Assembly: GCF_001194135.2 (NCBI RefSeq)
Contig: NC_068981.1
Span: 148,875,874 to 148,912,111, forward strand
Reading direction: 5' to 3'
Length of the DNA: 36,238 nt
From: Octopus bimaculoides
Taxonomy: Eukaryota
The notes under the pieces were generated by a model that did not search any database, was not told the DNA's origin, and saw nothing but the letters and a program-made list of their open reading frames with translations. How positions within the stretch are numbered: the stretch's first letter is position 1; every line of letters begins with the position of its first letter. The position numbers were made by a program, and so were the translations under genes. This document shows positions 12,275-23,904 of this stretch, piece after piece.

Positions 12275-12510
12275 GGGCGCATGGCCTAGTGATTAGGGTG
12301 TTGCAATCACGATCGCGAGATCGTGATTTCAATTCCTAGACCGAGTGGTGCGTTATGCTCTTGAGCAAAAAAATGATGATTGCGCTGCTCTGCGATCACT
12401 TCTGACACCTGCCGCGTAGTACATAGTACATCTATTCAGACAACGTCGACTTGATGGCTAGAGTGAGTTAACGTACAGCACATACATTTGATCTCTATAA
12501 ACAAATCATT
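12275..12510 (+). mobile_element. tRNA-derived SINE, family D
   Basis: Head GGCGCATGGCCTAGTGATTAGGGTGTTGCA...GATTTCAATTCC contains A-box-like and B-box-like motifs. Related copies lie on the minus strand at 20935-21080 and 27690-27798. Confidence 0.7.
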
Positions 12511-12789
12511 TATGCAAGTCGTTCGGCAAAAGCAGAACGCTCATACTTCGAGGGGAGATTCCATCGTTATTATTATTATTGTTGTTATCTTTATTTTTTT
12601 ATGTGTTATTATAATTACCATTATTATTATAATTCATTTTGTTCATGTACAAATACGTGGATATTCATCATTAAAAAAAAATTATGTTACTTAATTTTAG
12701 AAACTGAAGCGTGTAAGCATGTCTGACAATTCCAGTCGTGTCGGCCCGCACGGTTCCTCCGAGGATGCTCTTCGCCGCGTGTCCGAGGC

Positions 12790-13106
12790 GGCCGGTACGT
12801 TCACTGCGAAGGCCAAGACTCAGCACTTTCTCACGAAGCACCCGTCACTCAAGAATGGATATCAGGCAATGTTTTCGATGTAGCTTGTGACCTCCAAACT
12901 CACCAGATTCAAATGCTCGTGTCTACTATCTTCGGAGGGTTGTTGAAAGGAAAATTATCAACATCCTCACAATGTCATAGCTTCACTGGAAACCACCGTT
13001 GTCCAAGTGATGTTTGAAATGGCTATGGAACATTTAGTGCAGGCATGTCTACGATTCCGGTCCCGCATTAAAGCAGTCATCGAAACTGAAGACAGATTCA
13101 TAAAAT
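12790..13106 (+). pseudogene. IS630-Tc1-mariner transposase C-terminal remnant (DD37D/maT-like)
   Basis: Reads QDSALSHEAPVTQEWI, *PPNSPDSNARVYY..VVERK, QHPHNVIASL...LVQACLRFRSRIKAVIETEDRFIK across frameshifts. This matches the QD.AP.H / WPPNSPDLNP.DY / ACxRFRxRIEAVI motifs. Confidence 0.75.
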
Positions 13107-14502
13107 ATTTTTTATGAGAAAGCTTATCTAGAATATTTGCACAATTTGTTTTTTATTAAAAATACATTTGTTTGCTACTTTAGAACATGTCCTCAAATAC
13201 TTCTCAGATCCTGCGTATATGTGTGTGTGTGTGTGTGTGTGGGGGGGGGGTGTATGCATATGTATATTATATATAAGTATACACACACACAAACACACAC
13301 ACACATACACAAATACACACACATACACCACACACACACATACATATACTCACATACATATATGTGCAAATAAATATTCTAATGTTTTGTTGAAGATCAT
13401 TGACCGGGCGCAAACGGAATGTTTTTATATTAAAGCTTAGTGAAAGCTTTATATCTTTTACACTCAAGCTTACTTCTCAAATTGCAGGGGAAACGTAACT
13501 AATCCATGTAATGTAGTCATATTTTTGCATGTAGCATTTGTACATGAAAGCATGGGGCCATAACAATTCGAACTGGCTAGACAGCAGATATACTAAATTA
13601 AGCAGAAATTGCCACATTTAAAGTTTGGTGTTAGCGATGCATACATATAAGTTTTTGTGGTAGAATTTTAATTTTTGTAGACATGTGCATGGTTGTGATT
13701 TATAATATTTTGAATACAATAGGTTTCATATAAATGGAGAAAATATATATAAGATATAGAATAATAACACAAGAAAAAAAAAAAGAAAATATAAGAAGTA
13801 AATCAACTTATCCAGAACAAAATCCAGTCTGGAAATTTGATATTAGAAATAAGTTTAAAATATGACGAATCTGTCACTTCTTAACTCCGCATTTCCGTTT
13901 CCAGTTGCAAGCTGTTTTAATTTATAATACGATTAACAGTCTAATTAGTTGCTGTTTGCAAAATTCAAACTTCACGTGTACTGTTTGTTCATAATGGAAA
14001 TCATACATTAATTTCCCGCTGTGGTTTTATATTAATTTTCCTCATTATATTAATGTTGTTATTATCTTGCTACATGGTCTGGCTAATGCCTTGGAGTGGA
14101 GCTGGATTCCCACCGGGTCGATTTCGTGTTCGAGTCTTTATTCATAACTGTTATTATTAAACTTCAATTTGCTTACGTCTCTCTAATGCTCTCCCGAAAG
14201 GCATGCACAACTAATCTGCCGCATTTCGCATTCATATGAATATGAATTTTAACTGAATATTAGTAACTAGCGTAGTACCTGTCAAAAATGGCGGGGTTTA
14301 TTTGACTAAAGAATAAATTGTGCAAGTCAGACAATGAGATAGGGATAACGTCATTGGTTTATATATAGAGCGATGAAGACAGATCTAAGCTGATTTTTGA
14401 AGTAACGGTAACTACGTAAAAGAGGGAGACAGAGAAAGAGTGAGAGAAAACATAGCTGTCAATGTGTAGGTGGAAGGTTCAACTCTCACTATGAGTACTT
14501 TA

Positions 14503-14544
<42 letters not shown>

Positions 14545-14554
14545 NNNNNNNNNN

Positions 14555-14596
<42 letters not shown>

Positions 14597-14734
14597 TTGC
14601 ATGTGTGTGTGTGTTTAACTATTAGTCTATCTATAGATTGATCGATCGGTCGATGTATCGCATTCATATACTCGGTCTTTATCTTACCTTTTTATTCTTT
14701 CACTGTCTCTTTCCTTTTTTCTCTCTGCGTCTAT

Positions 14735-14905
14735 TTGCCTGTCTATTCGCCTGTCTGCCTGCCTATCTGTCTGCCTGCCTATCTGTCTGCCTGCCTATCT
14801 GTCTGCCTGCCTATCTGTCTGCTTGCCTATCTGTTTGCCTGCCTATCTGTCTGCCTGCCTATCTGTTTGTCTGCCTATCCGCCTGTCTGCCTGCCTATCT
14901 GTCTG
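14735..14905. repeat. Higher-order 16-bp minisatellite (GCCTATCTGTCTGCCT)n
   Basis: CCTG, CTAT and CTGT tetramers recur in a 16-bp period, about 9-10 units with variants. Confidence 0.85.
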
Positions 14906-16084
14906 CCAGTCCTAATGTATCGTATATACTGAAGCTTGTCTTGCTAGCTGCTATTGTGGAAGTAAGTAATTGATAATCTTCGTTCAATCATCAACTTGAA
15001 TGATACTGGAAAGAAGCTTGTCAATTTCACTTCATTATCAGATCCTTTCGGTATAAGATCTTAGTGCGTGCATATGTGTATATGAATATATGTAGATATG
15101 TATGCTTATATGCAAATATATGAGTGTATTTATGTATGTGTATAATATATGTATATATGTATGTAGGTGTCTGTCATTCATACAGTGTCAAAGAACCAAC
15201 AAAAAATGTTACATAAGTCATTACATACTGTGGTTATTATTATTATAATGAGTCAGGTCTAAAATCGGCTTAGACTGTTGTTTAAAGTCATTCCATTTTA
15301 CTTATGTAGTTGATATGTCGGTAAGTGTAAGCATATTGCAAAATTCTATTGGATTGACGATAAATTCGTTTTTTTTTTTCATTTATTTTAATCATATCTA
15401 ATGCTATTCGAATTAATACGAAAAATATTTTACCTTAGCGTTTTATGTTTTTTTTTTGCAGCCCTCGTCTTCCTCTCCAATTTTTATTTATCTTCTTGAA
15501 ATTTGAATAAATTTTACCACTTTTCAAACAAATGATGATTGAGTGCCAAGTAGTGGGAGCTGCGGAGAAACCGAACGAATTTGTCTGACAAACCTATAGT
15601 TTTCTATTAAGCGTTGTATCCCACTGTTCTGTTACGGACCGCTGATCCTCTGTGCCCAAGCTTAAAACCGATCCCTGAAGAAATATTTGGATGAAAGACA
15701 AATATCTGACTGGGTAGCACGCCATTCTACCACAAGTAACTTTTACCACGAGAAAAATAAAACTCGGCATTGAAAACCAATAAGTTGTTAGTCATTTTAT
15801 AATGCAACTACAGTTTAGAGCGGTTTAAGTCATCTTGTGGCGCCTACTCAGAATTAAGTAAACTGAAATGTAAAAGTTTAAGAAGGCATGGACATGGAAA
15901 AGTGCTGGTGACATGGTAGAAGTAGTTGACATTTCTGTTGGCTCTCCATCGACTGTCCTCTGTCCTAGAGTTTTTGAGAACTAACTGGGAATTAAATACT
16001 AAGGCTTTAATGTGATGTATTTGATATTAGGCATTTCAAGCACCACTTTGATATGAAAGACAGCTAAATAACTTATTTATCGAG

Positions 16085-16200
16085 TACTGAACAATGGAGA
16101 TACCGAATAAACTACTGAGCATCTGCAATCCATCTTCCCACAGTCAGTCTGCTCACATTACTCCAGTCTGCTCAACTAAAATGAGAGCAAGCTAGTGCTG
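16085..16200 (+). pseudogene. Possible remnant of the RTE-type LINE region C-terminal to RT
   Basis: QWRYRI..ASAIHLPTVSLLTLLQSAQLK* weakly resembles the W.D.I....VL.RA.LPSI.TLL...QLRW segment. The match is short and degenerate. Confidence 0.3.
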
Positions 16201-16765
16201 GAACTTAACTGAGTAGACAGATAGATTTTTAATCTCTTTCATCAGCTATCACATCCACGATGTTCCACTGGACAAAAGTGTGTGTATGTCTGTTCGCGAC
16301 AACGAAGTCACCTAAAACAATTAGTAAAAGCATTTTACATGCGAGGATATCACACTTGTAAATGACGGCTATGGTAGTTAGTTCTTGAAATTTTAATAAG
16401 CAAAACTGAATAAATAGTATAGCGTAGTGGTAATTCTGCAAGTCAGGAGTTGGAGATTCCTTACTCTGGTGTGAAGTTTCGCTTGAAGTCACACTTGGAA
16501 ATATTCGACAATGAAGCCTCTAAAATCTCATATACTAAGAAAAAGAGGTTATTTCTTGAGGCGAAAACAATAAATTAGTATACGTTACATGCATATGAAT
16601 TTGTAAATTTAATGCGTCATTATTTTTTATAGAATACATGCACTTCGCCTAGCTCCTAATGAGATTGCAATTCGATTAAGGTATTAAAATCATTTCACGT
16701 GCCCTATANNNNNNNNNNNNNNNNNNNNNNNNNNNNNNNNNNNNNNNNNNNNNNNNNNNNNNNNN

Positions 16766-16855
<90 letters not shown>

Positions 16856-16891
16856 CATCATCATCATCATCATCATCATCCTCATCATCAT

Positions 16892-17581
16892 AAAACAGAG
16901 ATCTAATGGATACAAATTCATTTATTAATTAATCGACATATTCACCTACAATTGTTTCATTTCACAAACAAAATTAAAATTACAAAACATATATAAATAT
17001 ATTATTTTGCATCTTGAATACCTTGTAGGGAAAATCATCAGGCTGTACAAAGGACAATAAGGATTACATTAGGATACGATTGGAATACACAGAATATATA
17101 GACATGTTTACTACATATTCCGTGTATTCCAATCGTATCCTAATGTAATCCTTATTGTCCTTTGTACACTGTGATGATTCTTCATACAAGCTATTTAAAA
17201 TGCAAAGTTATATAGTCTAATAAAGGGGCATATAAGCCCTCGACAAAAAAAAAGGAAGGCTTTCCTATCCGTGTGGGAATAGAAGCCGCGGATAGGAAAG
17301 CCTTCTTTTTTTCTGTCGAGGGTTTATATGCCCCTTTATCAGACTATTTTCCTTAGTCATTGCACAGTGATCGTTATAAACTTTAAGCTTATATAAAAAT
17401 ACCTTTGTTATTATTTGTAGGATTGTAAACTCGGTACTGTATAAAAAAAACAAAAAAAACATTCGCTAAGTTATATATTTATATGTTTTGTAATTTTAAT
17501 TTTGTTTGTGAAATGAAAGTTGTTGGTGAATATGTTGATAAATTGATAAATCAATTTGTATCCATTAGATCTCTCTGTTTT
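16892..17581. repeat. Long palindrome (arms of about 205 bp) interrupted by a 253-bp hairpin-containing insertion
   Basis: 16892-17001 pairs with 17471-17581. 17000-17097 pairs with 17115-17212, including a perfect 47-bp stretch (17044-17090 with 17122-17168). A separate hairpin lies at 17212-17347. Confidence 0.9.
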
Positions 17582-17720
17582 CTAACTCGATAATGTTTGA
17601 TATTTTACGATATTCTATAAAATATATTCATTGAAGGAATATCTCTTCAAAATTTAATATATTAAACCAATGCCTCTTGGATAAATATCCCTATAAGAGG
17701 TTTAAATATCCCCATTGTTA

Positions 17721-17790
<70 letters not shown>

Positions 17791-17828
17791 TAACACTTAA
17801 TGAAATTCATTTACAGAATTTCGAAAGA

Positions 17829-17889
17829 CTGGCAGAAACGTTAGCGCACTTTGTGAAATGCTCAACTGTATTTCGTCTGTCTTTACGTT
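17829..17889 (+). mobile_element. SINE family B, truncated head
   Basis: CTGGCAGAAACGTTAGC...GTATTTCGTCTGTCTTTACGTT matches the copy at 32036-32200. Confidence 0.7.
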
Positions 17890-17904
17890 GTCAGTAGCCT
17901 GGTA

Positions 17905-17976
17905 GCCGTGATCGTCTAGTGGTTAGGACCCCACGTTGTGGTCGTGGTAACCCAGGTTCGAATCCTGGTCACTGCA
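17905..17976 (+). tRNA. trnH-GTG: tRNA-His (anticodon GTG at 17938-17940), possibly a variant or pseudogene
   Basis: 72-nt cloverleaf: acceptor GCCGTGA/TCACTGC (C3:T70 mismatch), D stem GTCT/GGAC, anticodon stem CCACG/CGTGG, T stem CCAGG/CCTGG with loop TTCGAAT. It differs from the recalled invertebrate tRNA-His only at T38 and T70. Confidence 0.9.
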
Positions 17977-17987
17977 GGCTACTAAAC

Positions 17988-17992
17988 TTTTT
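17988..17992 (+). terminator. Pol III terminator (T5) downstream of tRNA-His
   Basis: TTTTT starts 12 nt after the discriminator base, and a second T6 run lies at 18000-18005. Confidence 0.6.
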
Positions 17993-18008
17993 AATTGAAT
18001 TTTTTATA

Positions 18009-18189
18009 GGCGTAGGAGTGGCTGTGTGGTAAGTAGCTTACTTACCAACCACATGGTTCCGGGTTCAGTCCCACTGCGTGGCACCTTGGGCAAGTGTCTT
18101 CTACTATAGCCTCGGACCGACCAAAGCCTTGTGAGTGGATTTGGTAAACGGAAACTGAAAGAAGCCCGTCGTATATATATATATATATG

Positions 18190-18232
<43 letters not shown>

Positions 18233-18442
18233 GTGTGTGTGTGTCTGTGTTTGTCCCCCCAACATCGCTTGACAACTGATGCTGGTGTGTCTACGTCCCC
18301 GTAACTTAGCGGTTCGGCATAAGAGAACGATAGAATAAGTACTAGGCTTCCAAAGAATAAGTCCTGGGGTCGATTTGCTCGACTAAAGGCGGTGCTCCAG
18401 CATGGCCACAGTCAAATGACTGAAACAAGTGAAAGAGTAAAG
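18009..18442 (+). mobile_element. Apparently full-length tRNA-derived SINE, family A
   Basis: Head GGCGTAGGAGTGGCTGTGTGGTAAG...GGGTTCAGTCCC, a central (TA)/(TG) microsatellite, and 3' end GGCGGTGCTCCAGCATGGCCACAGTCAAATGACTGAAACAAG. Several partial copies occur in the window. Confidence 0.85.
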
Positions 18443-20934
18443 ATGCCTCTATCTCTCCGACTTTTAGGTCTGTTTTTGGTCAGTAGGATACTTTTATTGT
18501 TTCATTTTTAGTTTAAAAAGATTGATACAATTTCGTTTTCTCTGCAAATAAAATCACAGATCACTGCGTATTATATCCTACTATGGGATATGTATAATTT
18601 ATTTCGTTATCGGGATTTCTGTCTTTTTCTCACTTTTATCTATGTACTTCTCTTTAACTGCTCATGTTGAAAATTGCGTTTTCCGTCAATTCGAAATTTC
18701 TGTGTGGTTTAGAAGTTCTTTTCGCAACCATAGGGGTTTGAGTTCAATGATACCACTTGGTACACTGAGCAAATATGATCTACAATAACCTTCAGTAAAC
18801 CAGAGCTTGTGAGTGAAATTTAGGAGACAGAAACTGTGTGGAAGCTCATTGGTGGTACCGCTTCTAATTTTGATGTTAGACTAATCTTTCGCCTTGTTTA
18901 AAATCTCCACCACCTGCCACCTGGATGACTTTATTCGGGTACACTCTGTTGCAAGTATGCAGGCTGGATTTCAGATCCTAGGGTAACTTCTTCCCTTCCA
19001 CCAGTTCCGAAGTGTCATGAACACTGCACTTTCTCTCGGACTAAGCTTTAAAAAATACGAACTATCATCGAGTGGTCCGAAATTCTATTGATACCATCAG
19101 CCACTCATAACATTAATTATTTCATCACTTTTTAACATATTAACTTACATTATTTATATCCTTATGCTATGTAGTTCCCGATTATGTATGTTGAGGTAAA
19201 TATCACATCAGCTAACTTCATGTAGCGACTTAGCAATAAAACATCTATCCTATTTGATTCAAAAACAAGAAGTAATGTTTTATTTCGGCGGATTTTAGCG
19301 TGGGAATTGTCTGTCGGAATTTTCGTCAAAAGTATAGAATTCTGAAAAAGCTGTCGGAAGAGGAGTAGAAACAGGATCATGAACTCTGCCGACATTCCTA
19401 ATGTGGCGAGATTAATGCGGTAAATCTACCTGTCAATGTCAGCAATAGAGTGAACTCCGATGAAATAATAAGTGGTTTGCAAATTAAATGGTAGTAATGA
19501 CCGGCAAACTGAAAAGAAAACAAGGAATATTTCAGATTCCTGAGAGATGAGTGTGTTACATCTTCTCACACACACGTGCGCGTGCACATACAATGCACAC
19601 ACACACACACACATACACGCACACACACATACACACACACTTACACTCACGCTCACACACACACTCACGAAAGCATGTGAACACACACATACACACAAAT
19701 CATACACTCACTAACACAGATACATCTGTATATTTATAACAATAGTGTTATAATAATTCGCCTGAAATATTGCGGAATATGCAGTGAATCAGTATCTCAA
19801 AGAAATTGATAGCTATGTGGATAGAACAGACAATGAAATATAAAGAAATGACCATTGTCACGATACTGAAATTTTACATATAAATATTTAATTAATCCTA
19901 TTGTTTTGAGTTAAAAACTCCTATTCACAAATTTTTAAAAACGCGAGAGAAATAACTTACGTCCAGTTTATAGCGCGTCGGATCCTTGAGAGTGACATTA
20001 GAACCACTGTGCATATAGGCTGTGTTCTGTGGTTTGTTAGAATGGATTGACATATGTGAAGAGGAATAAGATGAAGTTTAGGGAGTTATGGTATTCATAG
20101 CATCTTTTGGTATTCATTCAGTTCAAGCTGGCTGCTAATTGCTGGCTGGGTTTTCCAGTCACACTAGTTTCTTATACCCGCAAGTTGGTGATTTTATTAT
20201 CAATAGTTTTAATGGTAACAAGTGTTTCCTTATCCAGGTTCCAGCATTCTTGGAGAATTTTTGGAAGATGATGCCCGCGTGTTCTCATGCTTTTGATTCA
20301 GTTGTGCAAAGACCGAAACATGCTGCGATGTGCCGATTGTTGAGTTTGGCTCGCTGGATCTGATATAAGATGTAAGTACGTTGGCAGATATCTGTGTTAC
20401 GGATGAGATAACCGACCAGCACGTACAAAGTATAGCCCTCTAGAGATATTTTTTTGATAAATCTTTCATTTCCAGGAGGAAAGTCCTGAGGTAGTAGCTG
20501 TATCTCAAACCCTTTCCTAGGTTGCTTTTGCAGATAGCAGCAGTTATACTAACTGAAGGATGGTGGATTCTAGAAACAGAAATCGAAAGAATTCTTCGTT
20601 TTGAAATTTGGGAGCTCAGAAGATGACTGGTTAAGGCTACCGATTTTCTACAGACTTCCACTACGCATTGGAATGTGTAGCATGGATGTAGCAATCTTCC
20701 TGTTTCGCTGCACTGGTACTGCCGATGGGCGTGTTTCTTTGCCCCAAATGTCTACACTTTTCAACAGATGATAGCTCTAACATCACGAACAAAGAAACGA
20801 CATGCTGATAAAATGGAAACGTTATTATTGTTTGGTCTTGTGTTGAAAAGGAAGTTTTGTAGCTCGGAACCATTTATTTATAGTGATTATATGTTTGTAT
20901 TCGCATAAACTCACTTCCTCCACCAAATCTGTAC

Positions 20935-21080
20935 AGGTGCACGACGTGCCACACGTCAGGTGACGAAATAATCGCGGTGCAACGTGAAGCGAAGTGTTTT
21001 GTTCAAGAAAACAATGTAGCGCTCGGTGATCAGACCAATCGCGAGTGCAACACCCTAACCACTAAGCCATGCGCCTTCAC
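20935..21080 (-). mobile_element. SINE family D fragment
   Basis: The reverse complement begins GTGAAGGCGCATGGCTTAGTGGTTAGGGTGTTGCAC, matching the head at 12275. Confidence 0.7.
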
Positions 21081-21143
21081 ACATAGACACAGGTACACAG
21101 AAAGACAGACAGACAGATACACACACACACACACACACACACA

Positions 21144-21195
<52 letters not shown>

Positions 21196-21524
21196 TGTTT
21201 AAGAACTTTGCTTCACAATCATAAGGACACGGATTCAGCCCCACAATGTGGAATTTTTGGCAAATATTTTCTCTTTGTGAGTTGTAAATGGGCTGATTGA
21301 ACCTGAATCAACTTCGGATGGAATTTTCACACCATTCAAAGTTACAGCAGTGACGCAAACTGTGTCGTACTGAATTACATCACAGGACACATCAGTGTTG
21401 GATGCTCAGCAATGTACAAGTTAATGCAATGAGCAGGTAATTCAGCTGGTTGGACAATTGAATACTCATCGTCCAACATCAGAGAAAAATCCAGTTATCA
21501 ATCCATCCATCCATCCGTTACTAC

Positions 21525-21556
<32 letters not shown>

Positions 21557-21794
21557 GAATACATGTCGACTGGTATAAATGTACCTACAAGCACATGTAA
21601 CTATATATTTAGAACTTAATATATTTCATTACGCTCAGATATATGATGCCGGAAAGAGAATACGTGTAAATGTAATCTTATGACGCAAATTCACTTGCGG
21701 CTATATCAATAGATTATAGATAACGAGAAAAACAAGATTGATTTATGGAAAAATTCCTATTTGTGTGCAGGTTTNNNNNNNNNNNNNNNNNNNN

Positions 21795-21856
<62 letters not shown>

Positions 21857-21929
21857 ACAAACACACACACAAACACACACAGATATATAAATACGAGAAA
21901 GAGAAAGGATCAAAGTTCCTAACCCGACC

Positions 21930-22235
21930 AAGAAGCTCAGTTCCTCTGTATCCACTGGCTCTGTAATGACGCCATGACACAGGTTCACCACTTCACCCTA
22001 TGGGGATATCCCCGCCATTGTTATCTCCACAGCCCTTGCCTGTCCCCGATCTGTTCACCCATTCACTCCACACTTACCCCACACCTATCCTCCCACACCT
22101 ATCCTCAACATTTTATGTGCTCTTCACCGACCTCTATCCGACCCTCCACTTCCCAAGTCTTCCTCAAACCACCCTTCCCTTCTTTCAAATGCACCTGTAA
22201 CCAACGTGACCTTCTGATCCCTAAATACTTCCCTA
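21930..22235 (+). pseudogene. Penelope-like element remnant (RT thumb/linker region)
   Basis: Across frameshifts: AQFLCIHWLCND...FTLWGYP, PAIVISTALA, and QVFLKPPFPSFKCTCNQRDLLI. These resemble the recalled PLE motifs SQFLRLRRLCSD, RGYP and F..PP..SF.R..NLRD.LV. Confidence 0.6.
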
Positions 22236-22236
22236 C

Positions 22237-22870
22237 TCGTTTCCTGGTGAGGATATAATCTGTAAGATGCCATTTCTTAGAATCAGGGTGCATCCATGTC
22301 GTTTTATACTTATTTTTCGGTTGAAATATTGTATCCATGATACACAAATCCATCTCTACGCGCATTTTTAACAATAGTAAACCATTACTGTTGGAACTCC
22401 CAACCCCATGCTTTCCTAGGACACCCCAAATCTCCCAATCTGCGCCAACGCGAGCATTAAAATCACTCAAAATGACAACTTTGTCATCATGGGTGATATT
22501 GCGTATAATCTCTGTAAGTGATAGATAGGAGGCAAGTTTATCATTCTCTGATGAATTCGTAGTTGGATCATATGCACTTATGAGTGTTGCATACTGAAGT
22601 TTTCTTAATGGAAGTCTTAAAGACATGAAATGATCAGAATGACCACATGGTAGTTCCTCAAGTTTTGAAGCCAGATTGGTTTTGATAGCAAATCCCATTC
22701 CTGATTCTCTCTTATACGTCTCCTCTCTACCGCTCCAGAATAAATGATATTCAGCAGATTTCTCTACGAAATTCCCCTTTCCATGAATTCTTGTTTCGGC
22801 TAGCACTACAACATCCATATCATATCGCTATGACTCTTTTGCAACAAGCGCAGATCATCTATCTGGACGG
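22237..22870 (-). pseudogene. RTE-clade LINE apurinic-like endonuclease domain remnant
   Basis: ORF 22105-22818 contains LAETR, WSG, GMGFAI, ISAYDPT, ILSDFNARVG, NSNGLLLL, TWMHPDSKKWHLTDYILTR. Upstream codons give RPDR*SALVAKES*RYD. The last part of the ORF runs into the Penelope-like fragment. Confidence 0.9.
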
Positions 22871-23904
22871 GATGTATGTGTATATGTATGTGTGGGTATG
22901 TCACGTGTGTGTTGTGTTGTGTACTTGTGTATGTGGTTTATGTATATATATGTATATATGTGCCTATGTTTGAGTGTATATACCTTATGTGTTATGTATA
23001 TACGTTGTTTTCCCCCCTCTATAACTTGTGAATTAATAATAATCTTCATATATTCGTTTTTGTTTCTTATTCTCTTTCGATTGTCTCCCCTACCCCGGGC
23101 CAATTTTTGAGTTGAGGAACTCTGTCGAACACACCGGCCCACCCTGTCTTTCATCATTGTCTCTCTTTGAAAAAATCTTTTTGTTTTTGTCTCTGCTTGC
23201 ATGCACATTTCTACTTATATGTTGAATCATTCTCAAACATAGTTTTGTTTCTCAGCTTTAAGCTTCTGGTAATATATATACACACATATGTATGGCTTTT
23301 TTCTACTAGTGAAATTGTTACGTTGTACTCTACTAGGCACACGTGGCCTTGTTTACATTGTATTTCGTCTCGACCTGTTATTATTTTTTAATACATATCC
23401 GTTAGATTCTTATGTTATAGTTTTACTGCACATATAGACTTGCATACATATTGCTATATCTTTCTTTTTCTTTTTCGTCTCTCTCACTATTATTATTGTT
23501 GTTGTTATCATTATTTTCCCCTTTCACAGCTTGGTTTGTAAATTATCCGATTTTTTCCTTACTGCCCCATCTGTGTTCTCTTATTGTATCTTATTTTATT
23601 TTTTATTTTATTTTATTCTATTTCATCTTATCAAACTTTCTTGGTGTTCTTCAAGAGATACCTCACACTGATGGGAATGACAATGCATAAATTTAATTAT
23701 AATTACTAATAATTACTACTATGATTAAAATTTTTGTCTTATACGTGTGCATTGTTTTTCGAAGCGTACGTATGCATTGAATCAGTTTTGTAATAAATCT
23801 ATTTCTGATTCAACGATTTTTCTCTATTTTTCATTTTTTATACTTGTTTATGGTATATTTTGATACCTATAACGAAACTCCTCTTATATATGTATATGTA
23901 TTTA

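Noticed and set aside
14287-14296. AAAATGGCGG, a YY1-like promoter motif
   Set aside because: A single short motif with no associated CpG-rich region or downstream exon.
15672-15710. CTGAAGA...GAAA resembling a hammerhead core
   Set aside because: No convincing helix II and no valid NUH cleavage triplet with helix I.
19162-19395. 77-aa minus-strand ORF with a hydrophobic N-terminus
   Set aside because: No recognisable domain, splice context or other support. Chance ORFs of this size are expected.
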